Assembly (NCBI GenBank): GCA_965661285.1
Contig: CBFIDD010000003.1
Location: forward strand, 256,001 to 320,000
Direction of reading: 5' to 3'
From: Poseidonia sp.
GTDB taxonomy: Archaea > Thermoplasmatota > Poseidoniia > Poseidoniales > Poseidoniaceae
DNA length: 64,000 nucleotides
Below are positions 29,201 through 37,591 of this stretch, piece after piece (position 1 is the first letter of the stretch; every line of letters starts with the position of its first letter). A program made the translations under genes and the position numbers. The notes under the pieces are model-generated. The model was given only the letters and a program-made list of their open reading frames with translations. It was not told the DNA's origin and did no database searches.

Positions 29201-29890
29201 CAGGATAATGCCACGGTTTTCGGACATGTTCTCCGGCGTTGGCCACTCGCCCAGTCCAGCGATGATGTTCTCACTCAGTCGGTTGGCCAATTCGCCGTCA
29301 AAGGCCTCGGGACCGAGGAAACGGATGGCACGCTTATCGGAAATGGGCGGGCCGGCGTCGGCGGCTTCGGGATAGTCGAAGGTGACGTTGCTCCAGTAGG
29401 GGTTCTCGTCGTCCACGATGGTCCGCATTTCAAGCGGCTGCGCGACAACGAAATCCAAATTGAAGAAGCCCCCGCTGTGAATCCCTTGCCGTCCGAGCAC
29501 AAGGGTACAGTCGTTGAATTCGGTCGAGAATTCCGTTAGCAATTCATCGCACACACCGGTCATGGTCGTGGTGTTGTTCGACCAACCCGTGCCGTTTTCT
29601 ACCGGCGTGCGGGCGTATTCGATCTTGGCGTCAAAGGGCTCGGATTTGAGCGATTCTTCGAAGAAGAGTTGCGACAATCCGACGCCGTACGCGAGCACCG
29701 TCGTGATGACGAGGGAAGCGAGGAAGACACCGGCGATGACGGCGAGACCACGCTCTCGTCCGCGCCAGGCACCTTGCGCGGCCAGACGAAGCGAGCTGGG
29801 GAGTTCGACCACTTTGTGTTGAATTCGGCGAAGACGGGAGCGGTCGGTGGCGAAGTCGGACGGAACGAGTTCCTTTGGCTCGGTGCTCAT
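26267..29890 (-). CDS. FtsX/MacB-like ABC permease with a pentapeptide-repeat insert
   Basis: Two FtsX blocks (QRRREVSIHRVIGA; QRQKELAVLQAIGAS) and large extracellular loops. Confidence 0.88.
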   Translation of the reverse strand: MSTEPKELVPSDFATDRSRLRRIQHKVVELPSSLRLAAQGAWRGRERGLAVIAGVFLASLVITTVLAYGVGLSQLFFEESLKSEPFDAKIEYARTPVENGTGWSNNTTTMTGVCDELLTEFSTEFNDCTLVLGRQGIHSGGFFNLDFVVAQPLEMRTIVDDENPYWSNVTFDYPEAADAGPPISDKRAIRFLGPEAFDGELANRLSENIIAGLGEWPTPENMSENRGIILPSTIASEAQANVGDVLESLNFVYVVDESTLLEGTVTEDNCAGEITPENNEMIYCRMTMTVENLTVMGIYEPWPFGNPTLPFNPIFSTWTVMEETQRATLMDYDHMYLGVTIDRGALPTSSTADAAEWLENLGTQVQDGTYTDEEVELYYTDIISGTITFLNIFLGLIQIFDYIIMIPIVFLSISVLIYGLVLSLEQRRREVSIHRVIGADGQRLQGMVLLELFVMSSVAWLVGYLLALLAVPIVLSAVGFMEFRTGDFDVNPTLSVGSTIFTAVTTLGLALLFGRSRARQFIELEIEEGVRKTSAAAEPKRWLHWLAFLFGMLAVGDTWLEANGSEDGLVSNFFIEGLIGIFGPFALWIGGALLLGRIGAKGPQIMQVLFGRTPLLKDVKRGLKGSGSAESVNRLAVIMLLTLSIVTLAAVQGYTGTLVDEKTVDATVGSDLQITLEQPIDEAAALALLGEFTDGKTTPVATSVSELTLSDQNGGDALQTYVLFDGNGDVLKWSEQALPGEDIGATLNAYAAGGFSAGPDAAYSLDLPGSDRGGDENELNDVLLKASDDKSETITFVWEKIDFDFATGGTEEPDVETLFLAYTLLMDSDWSDVNLANQDLSGRDISRIDLSGSNLSYADLAGVNLSESILWDANLTGADLRGANLQNTVLVNFMGGSLEGADLTDANMEGMFGFFDLSGATLTNATCPDGSSADETGCLSGPSQIPPPLASDLFLADTTVRIIVTPYTTNMYYMGTHEYIPGVSAATISSALIIGEDAWISLVGADAATNYTSTTWIVRVDGVEGDALESLASQVSADARVSSVVDWSSTHKDVERNGGLIFGTPGLLSLQFVVASVAAVASSFVFLSLVLSQRQKELAVLQAIGASPNQIIRLVLFEILSIVMVSMALGIVLGVGLALSFNGFFDIFGFIFQIFGGSTTTIQRTLVYPWTQIIMVSLAVFAAVVVALLVTTRRALKADLASVLKGE
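27100..27410 (-). repeat. Pentapeptide-repeat (A[D/N]Lxx) coding tract inside the permease
   Basis: NLANQDLSG..DLSGSNLSYADLAGVNLSE..ANLTGADLRGANLQ..ADLTDANMEG..ATLTNATCPDG. Confidence 0.85.
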
Positions 29891-30681
29891 TCTTCTTCCC
29901 CTCCTTCGTCTGCGGGCTCTTCGTCGGCAGATTCCCCGTCTGCCTCCCCAACCACCGGCGCCTCATCGGCGTCTTCCTCATCCTCAAGGCCCCAAGCCGA
30001 GCGGATGTCGGAAGCCTCTGTTTTGCCGTCGTTCAGCAACAGCATGCGGTCGGCGTTGGACGCCAAGTCGGGATCGTGAGTAACCATGAGAATGGAAATC
30101 GGGTTCTCTTCGTCATGGCAGAGTTCCTTGAACAATGTCATGACCTCCTTGCCGCTGGCGATGTCAAGGTTGCCCGTGGGCTCGTCAGCCAGCAAAACAG
30201 GACGATTGCCAGCAATGGCACGGGCGATGGCGACCCGCTGCTGTTGACCGCCCGAGAGTTGGTCGGGAATGAAGTGCATGCGGTCGCCCAAACCGACTTT
30301 TTCCAGCGCCGTTCGGGCCGCTGCTTCCGCTTCGCCGGACGACATGCCGGAGAGTTCGAGGGCCATGGCGACGTTGTCCACCGCGGTCAGGTTGTCGAGC
30401 AGATGGAAATCTTGGAAGATCCAACCGACGAGTTCACGACGGACATCGACCACGTTGGAAGGCCCTCGCAAGCCGTAGGAGCGCTTGCCCAGCGTGATGG
30501 TGCCGCTATCACCAGCGAGCAGCCCGCCGATGATGTTGAGCAGGGTGGACTTGCCAGACCCGGACGGCCCCATCAGGGCGACCATTTCGCCCTGCTTGAT
30601 GTCCATGTCTACGCCCTTGAGGACCTGGAGTTTGTTGGAGCCGGAACCGAACGCTTTGGTGAGTCCTTCAACTGATAACAT
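29887..30681 (-). CDS. ABC ATPase (LolD-type)
   Basis: GPSGSGKS, LSGGQQQR, LADEPTGNLD. Confidence 0.92.
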   Translation of the reverse strand: MLSVEGLTKAFGSGSNKLQVLKGVDMDIKQGEMVALMGPSGSGKSTLLNIIGGLLAGDSGTITLGKRSYGLRGPSNVVDVRRELVGWIFQDFHLLDNLTAVDNVAMALELSGMSSGEAEAAARTALEKVGLGDRMHFIPDQLSGGQQQRVAIARAIAGNRPVLLADEPTGNLDIASGKEVMTLFKELCHDEENPISILMVTHDPDLASNADRMLLLNDGKTEASDIRSAWGLEDEEDADEAPVVGEADGESADEEPADEGGEEE

Positions 30682-30860
30682 CCCGGCACCTTTCGTATCA
30701 ATGGGCCTTGAAGGTGTATATCAACCGATGTTTGGATAACCCATCCAGTGGTCATGATTTAGCAAAGCGTTGCTACCGAATTTGGGGACCTCGTCTTCAC
30801 CGTACGAACATGAAATTCGTCGGCGAAACCATCAAGAAAAAAAACCCATCATCGTAAAGC

Positions 30861-31448
30861 GTGGCCCCCAGTCCTACCCTTGATGCCGAAGTCGAAAAGT
30901 TGGTCCGGCTTGGCTACGACCGCGACAAGGCTGTCGTCATGGCGGCCGCCGTTGTTGAGAAAGAAGAGACGGCCCAAACCATCGCCGTCGCTCCATCACA
31001 ACGGGTAGGGGGCGTGCTTATGGGCATCTTCCTGATGACATTCGGTCTCCCTTTCATCCTTCTCCCAGCCACGATTTGGACAGAAATTGGCAGCAGCGGC
31101 GGATTTGATTTGTTGTTGATTTGCTTCCCGATTCCGTTCATCATGGCGGGAGCATTTGTCATGTTCATGGGAGGCAACCTGCTCATCATGGCTCTCAAAG
31201 GCGAAACCCCAACAGGTCCGAGTTGGAGTGGTGATGACGGCTCGAGCTTCTCACCTACCTCGGGACAACGTCCCATTGCGAACATCGGTGCGTACGATTC
31301 CTCAGCCTTCCCTTCAATGGAGGACATCGCGGGTCAGCAACAGGAAGACCTGCTTCCTGATTTCCCTGATGGTGCCTCCGCCCCGGAAGCCGTGGCCAAA
31401 GATGCAGGCTCGTTTTGGGGCGACATCAACAAAAAGAACGGTTCTTAG
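30861..31448 (+). CDS. Two-TM hypothetical protein
   Basis: Two hydrophobic helices followed by an acidic, disordered tail. Confidence 0.65.
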   Translation: MAPSPTLDAEVEKLVRLGYDRDKAVVMAAAVVEKEETAQTIAVAPSQRVGGVLMGIFLMTFGLPFILLPATIWTEIGSSGGFDLLLICFPIPFIMAGAFVMFMGGNLLIMALKGETPTGPSWSGDDGSSFSPTSGQRPIANIGAYDSSAFPSMEDIAGQQQEDLLPDFPDGASAPEAVAKDAGSFWGDINKKNGS

Positions 31449-31525
31449 GCCCTTTTTGCAAGTCCCCAATAGAAAATTTTTGATATTTCTGCAGAAATTG
31501 CCCGTCCGTGGAACGACAATAAAGC

Positions 31526-31831
31526 ATGTGGCAATTGATTCCATCCCTCGGCTTAACCTTCGCTACCTTGGGTATAGCGATTCGTTCGGTGTTGGGATTG
31601 GTGAATTCGCTGAACGAAAAGAATCTCGCTTCTCAAATCACGGATATCGCAGAATATGCTGTGTCAACGTTTGTTGCCGTGTTCGTGGTGCTGTATGGGC
31701 TGCGGTGGACTGGAAAGGTCATCAAAGGAGAGTACACGGGGTTTGATTGGAACATCACGTTTGAGGCTACTCCGACACCGGGTTCTGACGAAGACGATCC
31801 GTTCCATTACCTTCCGGATGATGATGTTTAG
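31526..31831 (+). CDS. Small two-TM hypothetical protein
   Basis: 101-aa ORF with two hydrophobic segments and an acidic tail. Confidence 0.55.
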   Translation: MWQLIPSLGLTFATLGIAIRSVLGLVNSLNEKNLASQITDIAEYAVSTFVAVFVVLYGLRWTGKVIKGEYTGFDWNITFEATPTPGSDEDDPFHYLPDDDV

Positions 31832-31833
31832 AT

Positions 31834-32826
31834 TCAAGCCTGGACCGGTTCAGCCACGAGACCCGCAGCTTTGGCTTGCCGCTGCAACATGTGGCCAAAC
31901 ACGGGCGGGACATGAGCCAGCCAGAACATGACATAGTAGCCGTAGGGCAACTGCGGAGATCCGTCGTGAACGTCCAGTCGCTCGTAGCGGGTGCTCGACT
32001 TGAGATGGTGCGAAGGGTGGAGGGGCAATTCCATCAGTGTCCATCGAGAGAGGCGGTGTCGGCTCTCCCAAGCGTGGGTGGCGTTCGGACGCTCGTCATC
32101 ATGGCGTCGAAGCCCGTGGTGCTGGAGGTAGTTGACAAATTCAAGCAAGTAGACGGCGGCGATGGCCTGCATCACGAAGCCCGCCGCCAGCGGGAGGGCG
32201 ATGAACGCCAGTCCGGCAATGAAAACGCCCTCGAGCAGGAAGACCCGCTTGGTGTCATCAGGACGTGCGGCCAGTGCCCCGCGTACCTGCTTGGGAACGG
32301 TCATCAAAATATGGGCGTAGACGCTTCGGCCCCACGGCGAAGAGGTCGGGTCCCGGTCTCGAGCCCAATGACGATGATGCGTGTGGTTGTGTTCGGTTGT
32401 GAAATGGGCATAGATGACCGAGAAGAGCGTGAGGCGAGCCAGCCACCACGAAGCGGATTTTGGGCGGCGATGGCCCAACTCGTGTGCAGCAACGATGCCC
32501 GAGGCGCCGTTGCTGAGCCCGGCGGCGATCATGCCGGCCAGACTCATCCCGGTGAGGCCGTCGAGCGATAACCGCCAAAGCAAGGTGGCCACCACCACCA
32601 GTACACCGACGGCGTGAAGATGCACGATGATGTTGTGCGCTCGGCCTTCCTGAAGCGGATTCGTGTTTGACGAGGTGCCAAGCACCAGGTCAACGAACGG
32701 GTAAATGACGAGCAATAAGACGATGCCACTGGCCATCCACCACCCACCGGCGACCAATCCGGCTACCGTGATGACAGGCGTGAGCAAGCCCCAAAGGTGC
32801 GGCACCCACGTCCAGCGATCACTCAT
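31834..32826 (-). CDS. AlkB-like alkane 1-monooxygenase / membrane di-iron desaturase
   Basis: His boxes HELGH, EHNHTHH, NYLQHHG, HPSHH; PQLPYGY. Confidence 0.85.
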   Translation of the reverse strand: MSDRWTWVPHLWGLLTPVITVAGLVAGGWWMASGIVLLLVIYPFVDLVLGTSSNTNPLQEGRAHNIIVHLHAVGVLVVVATLLWRLSLDGLTGMSLAGMIAAGLSNGASGIVAAHELGHRRPKSASWWLARLTLFSVIYAHFTTEHNHTHHRHWARDRDPTSSPWGRSVYAHILMTVPKQVRGALAARPDDTKRVFLLEGVFIAGLAFIALPLAAGFVMQAIAAVYLLEFVNYLQHHGLRRHDDERPNATHAWESRHRLSRWTLMELPLHPSHHLKSSTRYERLDVHDGSPQLPYGYYVMFWLAHVPPVFGHMLQRQAKAAGLVAEPVQA

Positions 32827-32865
32827 CGAAACTCGTCACACGCATGTGACTTGTAAAGGATGGCT

Positions 32866-32985
32866 TCATTTCATGCCGAGCAGACGACGAAGACGCTCTG
32901 ACAGGCTGCGACGGGCGAAGATCCCGTTGCGGGTGACCTGGGCGTTCATCGTTTCATCCACGTAGCGTTCCAAATATGCATCCAT
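32866..32985 (-). CDS. 39-aa peptide MDAYLERYVDETMNAQVTRNGIFARRSLSERLRRLLGMK
   Basis: Hand-translated; AGGAGG RBS 9 nt upstream; abuts the upstream stop; paralogous to the adjacent peptide. Confidence 0.65.
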   Translation of the reverse strand: MDAYLERYVDETMNAQVTRNGIFARRSLSERLRRLLGMK

Positions 32986-33150
32986 TCAAATCGTCCTCCT
33001 TGATTGAAGCGCACCTCGTCGGTCAACACCGGCACGGTAGAAGGCCACCGCCGTCATCCAGCGGTTCCAAAGGCTTCGACCGAACACCCCGTTGCGGTAG
33101 GTGAACGAATCAACGGCTTGCTCGGTGTAGGTCTCCAGTTCGTGGTCCAT
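32986..33150 (-). CDS. 54-aa peptide MDHELETYTEQAVDSFTYRNGVFGRSLWNRWMTAVAFYRAGVDRRGALQSRRTI
   Basis: Hand-translated; AGGAG RBS; AT-rich promoter region upstream. Confidence 0.65.
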   Translation of the reverse strand: MDHELETYTEQAVDSFTYRNGVFGRSLWNRWMTAVAFYRAGVDRRGALQSRRTI

Positions 33151-33362
33151 GTGCATCTCCTGAAAGGTTTGCTTCTTTCATGTTACAAATGGTGCCGGAC
33201 CTATATGAATCACCGGTAAAATTGCCAACACAAGGATGTTAAAAAGGAACTAAGTGTTTAATTTTACACCATTTAGGGTCACCCAGCCCCTTCGAACCCG
33301 TCGTGATGTTGTGGTGAAATGATTGAACAAACGGTTAAGTGGGCCAGGACGAGGCCAATCTC

Positions 33363-34391
33363 ATGGGGAAGAAGGGTGTCCTGCTGATGAACGTTGGCAC
33401 CCCCGACGAACCCACCGTGGCCTCCGTTCGAACCTACCTCCGGGAGTTTCTTCTCGACCCCGATGTCATCGACATTCCTGCCCCCCTGCGGCACTTGTTG
33501 GTCCGAGGAATTATCCTTCGCACTCGCCCCAAAAAAATCGCACCGCTGTACAAAAGCATCTGGATGGAGGACGGTTCGCCCCTGCGTGTCTACTCAAAGC
33601 GAGTCACTGAGAACCTTCGTCAAATCAACCAAGAGATCGACTTTGAATTTGCCATGCGATACGGCAATCCGAGCATTCGCAGCGGCCTTGAAGCCCTCAA
33701 GCAACGAGGCGTGACGGACCTTCTCTTGCTCCCAATGTTCCCACATTACGCTCAAGCCACCACAGAATCATCACTCAAACACGCCCACCACCAACTCAAA
33801 TCGATGAACTGGCAGCCCAACCTGTTGGAGATGGGGCATTTTGAAACCGCCGAGGAATTCATCGAACCCCTCACCGAATCCATTCGTCCGCACCTCTCAG
33901 AGGACACCCACCTGCTGTTTTCCTACCACGGCCTCCCCGTGTCCCACGTCAAGCGAATTGACACCTCAAAGAAGCACTGCCAGACCGTAGAGGCTTGCTG
34001 CACCGTGAAGTGCGAGGCCAACAGCCTGTGCTACGGCCGACACTGCAACGAAACCACGATGGCCGTGGTTGAACGATTGGGGCTGACGCCAGACCAGTGG
34101 TCGCTGAGTTATCAGAGTCGACTCGGGCCCGTGAAGTGGCTCGAACCCTCGACCACGCAAATGGTGGAAGCCTTGGTCAAGAAAGGCGTCAAGAAACTCG
34201 CCATCGTCGCCCCTGCGTTCCTCGCAGACGGGTTGGAGACGCTCGAGGAGTTGGACATCGGCATTCGTGAAGAGTTCATGGAGCACGGTGGCGAGGAATT
34301 GAAGGTCGTCAACTGCCTCAACGATGATGAGCAGTGGATTCGTGGCCTTGAACAACTCATCGCCAAAGAGTTCGGACAGGTGGCGGCTTAG
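33363..34391 (+). CDS. hemH: Ferrochelatase
   Basis: LLMNVGTP, FAMRYGNP, FSYHGLP, YQSRLGP..WLEP, ADGLETLEE. Confidence 0.95.
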   Translation: MGKKGVLLMNVGTPDEPTVASVRTYLREFLLDPDVIDIPAPLRHLLVRGIILRTRPKKIAPLYKSIWMEDGSPLRVYSKRVTENLRQINQEIDFEFAMRYGNPSIRSGLEALKQRGVTDLLLLPMFPHYAQATTESSLKHAHHQLKSMNWQPNLLEMGHFETAEEFIEPLTESIRPHLSEDTHLLFSYHGLPVSHVKRIDTSKKHCQTVEACCTVKCEANSLCYGRHCNETTMAVVERLGLTPDQWSLSYQSRLGPVKWLEPSTTQMVEALVKKGVKKLAIVAPAFLADGLETLEELDIGIREEFMEHGGEELKVVNCLNDDEQWIRGLEQLIAKEFGQVAA

Positions 34392-35644
34392 AAGACCGCA
34401 GCAATCCGTTCTGCCTCGGCCACCACGTGGGTCACCGACACACCGCTGAAACACCAGCCCGCTCGGGTGAAGTCTGCTGATTCGGTGGTCAGGGAATCCA
34501 TGTAGCCGGGAGGATAAGAAGGGATGGAGCGCACCCCAATGTGTTCGAACACGACCGGCTCAGCATCACTCAGGTGATGGGCTAAGGATGCTTTGACCGC
34601 ATCCTCAGAGCCTGTTTGAAGGGTCGGCGACATGAGGCGGAACAAGCGATGACCGTCCGGTGCCCGAGGTGTCCCGTGGACGTCGCTCTCGTGAAGAATG
34701 CCGCTGATCGGTGAGGAGGGGTCGGGAATCAGGGTGCCGTAGCCGACGGGCACATGGCCGACATCGTCGTTGTTATAGCCAACAGCGTAGATGTTGAGGG
34801 CCGTGAAGGAAGCCGGTGGCCGGCCAAGGGGTGCGCACCAAATCACGGACGCCAAAGGGACCTCTCGCTCTTCGGCAACGTCCATCGGGGAGGGGGCGTC
34901 TTCGTTGAGGGACAACTCAACGTTGTCAAGGCGATTCAGCGCCTCTTCCAAGGCATGAATCAGCGTTTCCATTCCGCCTTCAAAGGACGCCGTAGCGCCT
35001 CTCGTGGGTTGGAAGAGCGGGTAGGTAGCCTCCATCTTGGCTTTGATGCGCTTCCACTTGATGGGCGGGTCGGTGCCAAACCTGGTCATGGAGGGCATCA
35101 GGAAATCCGCATCAACGTTGGCCGCACGGTCGTTGACAATCCCAAGGGTCATCGCGTCGTTCACGGGCGGCAACGGGAGGGCATCAGCAACCGAGCGACG
35201 GCCCTGACGGGCCGATCTCAATCCACGCAACAGCTTGAACGGCCCCCGTTTGAGCACCGTCCAAAGCGAAAGTTTCTGCGACCTTCCACCGGTGTGAATC
35301 CACCGCGAGTCCGCTTGGGGATTCGAGGGCCCAAAACGGCCCCCCAAACCGAGGTCATCAACCAGACGCCAAAACGCAGGATGGGGCCGAGTGGCGTTCA
35401 CAGCAACGTCACACACCCACTCGTCCTGCGTCCATGTTTCGATCACACCACCAAAGCGATGACTCTTTTCGATGACCTCTATGCGCACATCGGGTCGTTT
35501 TGTAGCAATTCTGTAGGCCACCGTGAGTCCAGAAAGCCCACCCCCAACCACGCACACGTTGGTCGAATGTGGAAGGTCACGGGCGATGCAGAGAGGGCGG
35601 CGCAGTTCATCGCCGTAGCGGATCCAATCTTGCTGTGAAGCCAC
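34388..35644 (-). CDS. hemY: FAD-dependent protoporphyrinogen oxidase (HemY-type)
   Basis: VVGGGLSGL FAD motif, GGVIET, SFEGGMETL, GYGTLIP; located in the hem operon. Confidence 0.8.
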   Translation of the reverse strand: MASQQDWIRYGDELRRPLCIARDLPHSTNVCVVGGGLSGLTVAYRIATKRPDVRIEVIEKSHRFGGVIETWTQDEWVCDVAVNATRPHPAFWRLVDDLGLGGRFGPSNPQADSRWIHTGGRSQKLSLWTVLKRGPFKLLRGLRSARQGRRSVADALPLPPVNDAMTLGIVNDRAANVDADFLMPSMTRFGTDPPIKWKRIKAKMEATYPLFQPTRGATASFEGGMETLIHALEEALNRLDNVELSLNEDAPSPMDVAEEREVPLASVIWCAPLGRPPASFTALNIYAVGYNNDDVGHVPVGYGTLIPDPSSPISGILHESDVHGTPRAPDGHRLFRLMSPTLQTGSEDAVKASLAHHLSDAEPVVFEHIGVRSIPSYPPGYMDSLTTESADFTRAGWCFSGVSVTHVVAEAERIAAVF

Positions 35645-35648
35645 GCCA

Positions 35649-36560
35649 TCACCCGTTGAGCCAATCCACCGGCTGACGAAGAACCTCCAGCAGAGCGGCT
35701 TCGTCCGAGCCGGGCTCTGCCTCGTGGCAATATTCCCAGCGGGACGTGAGTGGCAGCGACATCAGGATGCTTTCGATGCGGCCGTTGGTCGTCAAACCAA
35801 ACTTTGTCCCTCGATCGTACACGAGGTTGAATTCGACGTAGCGACCACGGCGGAGTTGTTGCCATGCCTTCTGGTCAGGGGTAAAGGGCATGGTCATTCG
35901 TCGCTCCAAAATGGGGAGGTAAGCTTGCAGAAAATGGGAAGCGCATTCCTCAACAAATGCAAAACAAGCGGCTTTGCTCTTGGCGCGCAAATCGTCGAAG
36001 AAGATACCTCCAACACCCCTTCGTTCGCCTCGATGTGGGATGTGAAAATAGTCGTCACACCACGCTTTGTACGCCTCGTAGTCGGCGACCTCGTGGCGGT
36101 CGCAAACCGATTTGTGCACTTGATGGAAGTGCACTGCGTCTTCTTCAAAGAGATAGGATGGGGTCAAATCTGCGCCACCTCCGAACCACCAACTGCCCTC
36201 GGCAACACCTTCGCCTCGCTCAAAATAGCGGTAGTTGGCGTGGACCGTGGGCGCCATTGGATTGTGAGGGTGAAGGACGAGGCTCAACCCCGTGGCAAAA
36301 AAGTCCAAATCCTCTCCCTCGAGGTCGTGCCCGCCGCCCATTTTGGCCGCCGCCTCGGGGCTGAGTGTTCCGTGAACCACGCTGACGTTTACACCTGCTT
36401 TTTCGAACACGGCGCCCTCGGAAAAAACACGGCTTCGACCGCCCCCGCCTTCCTCACGGGTCCACTCATCCTCACGGAAGGTTGAGTCATCCAGTGAGGC
36501 GATGGCGTCGCAGATGGTGTCTTGGAGCCGATGCACCATGTCAACCATGGTTTGCCTCAT
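35649..36560 (-). CDS. hemF: Oxygen-dependent coproporphyrinogen III oxidase
   Basis: FEKAGVN, HPHNPMAPTVHANYRYF, WWFGGGADLTP, RRGRYVEFNLVYDRGT. Confidence 0.96.
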   Translation of the reverse strand: MRQTMVDMVHRLQDTICDAIASLDDSTFREDEWTREEGGGGRSRVFSEGAVFEKAGVNVSVVHGTLSPEAAAKMGGGHDLEGEDLDFFATGLSLVLHPHNPMAPTVHANYRYFERGEGVAEGSWWFGGGADLTPSYLFEEDAVHFHQVHKSVCDRHEVADYEAYKAWCDDYFHIPHRGERRGVGGIFFDDLRAKSKAACFAFVEECASHFLQAYLPILERRMTMPFTPDQKAWQQLRRGRYVEFNLVYDRGTKFGLTTNGRIESILMSLPLTSRWEYCHEAEPGSDEAALLEVLRQPVDWLNG

Positions 36561-37591
36561 GCAGATTCACCCGTGATCAATCGCAAGACGGCTTCGACGC
36601 AGTCAATTTGCGCGCCCGGAGCAAAACCGTGGCCGAGGTTGAACACATGGCCAGGCGCATCGCCTGCTTCATCCAACACGCGCTGAGCCGCCGTACGGGC
36701 GGCCTCGGGAGAACCGTGCATCCGGGAGGGGTCGAGGTTTCCTTGGAAGGCAAAGCGGTCGCCAAACGATGCACGGTTAGCACGCAAGTCGTCCCTCCAA
36801 TCGAGGGACAAAGCATCGATGTCCAGCGTGCGGATGGAACCGTGAAGATGGCCGCTGCCCTTGGCGTAGTGAATGAGTGGAACCTTGCGCTCCGCCCGCT
36901 CGCGAAACACCTCGATGGCACGTTGAGTGGCAGGAAGGGCAATTCGCTCATAATCCTCGACGGAAAGCAAGCCAGCCCAGGTGTCGAAGAGCTGAACTGC
37001 ATCGGCGCCACCGTGATTCACTTGGTCAGCGAGCAAATCGCCCACGGCTTCAGCCATGTGCAGAAGCACACGCTGCGCATGGTCAAGGTTGGAGAAAACG
37101 GTTGCCCGTGTGTTGTGAAATTCCTTGTCACCCGTGCCACCCGCCATCAAGTAGAGTGAGGTCGTCCAAGGACATCCGGCAAAACCCAATCGAGCAATGC
37201 TGTCGTTGTCCTCGCCGATGGCCTTGAGCGCATCAGCCGCCCAAGGGGCGTGTTGGCGAGCAGAGAAGGTCGTCCAATCGTCGACGTCATCAAAGGAAAA
37301 TGGGTCAATGCGAATCCCGCCGCCGTATTCAACTTCATAGCCCAACGCTGGAAGAGGGGTGAGAATGTCGCTGAACACGATGGCGGCGTCGATGGAGCCG
37401 TAGCGGTGAATGGGTTGCATGGTGATGTTGGTGCACAAATCAAGGTCCTGACAGCGCTCCCAAAACGAGTGCTCCGCAGCGAGTTTTCGGTATTCGGGAA
37501 GGTGGCGTCCGGCCTGTCGCATGAACCAGACCGGCGTGCGGTCCACGGGTTGGCGATTTAACGCGGCAACGATGCGCTCTTTGCCGTTCAT
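36557..37591 (-). CDS. hemE: Uroporphyrinogen decarboxylase
   Basis: PVWFMRQAGR, AIVFSDIL, QGNLDP, VFNLGHG. Confidence 0.95.
   Translation of the reverse strand: MNGKERIVAALNRQPVDRTPVWFMRQAGRHLPEYRKLAAEHSFWERCQDLDLCTNITMQPIHRYGSIDAAIVFSDILTPLPALGYEVEYGGGIRIDPFSFDDVDDWTTFSARQHAPWAADALKAIGEDNDSIARLGFAGCPWTTSLYLMAGGTGDKEFHNTRATVFSNLDHAQRVLLHMAEAVGDLLADQVNHGGADAVQLFDTWAGLLSVEDYERIALPATQRAIEVFRERAERKVPLIHYAKGSGHLHGSIRTLDIDALSLDWRDDLRANRASFGDRFAFQGNLDPSRMHGSPEAARTAAQRVLDEAGDAPGHVFNLGHGFAPGAQIDCVEAVLRLITGESA

Noticed and set aside
30760-30775. TAGCAA-N4-TTGCTA inverted repeat in a divergent promoter
   Set aside because: 6-bp arms could arise by chance; no second copy or adjacent regulator.
33208-33222. 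Second copy of the TTATACCGGTATAA operator
   Set aside because: Only the ACCGGTA core matches, and its position relative to the TATA box differs.
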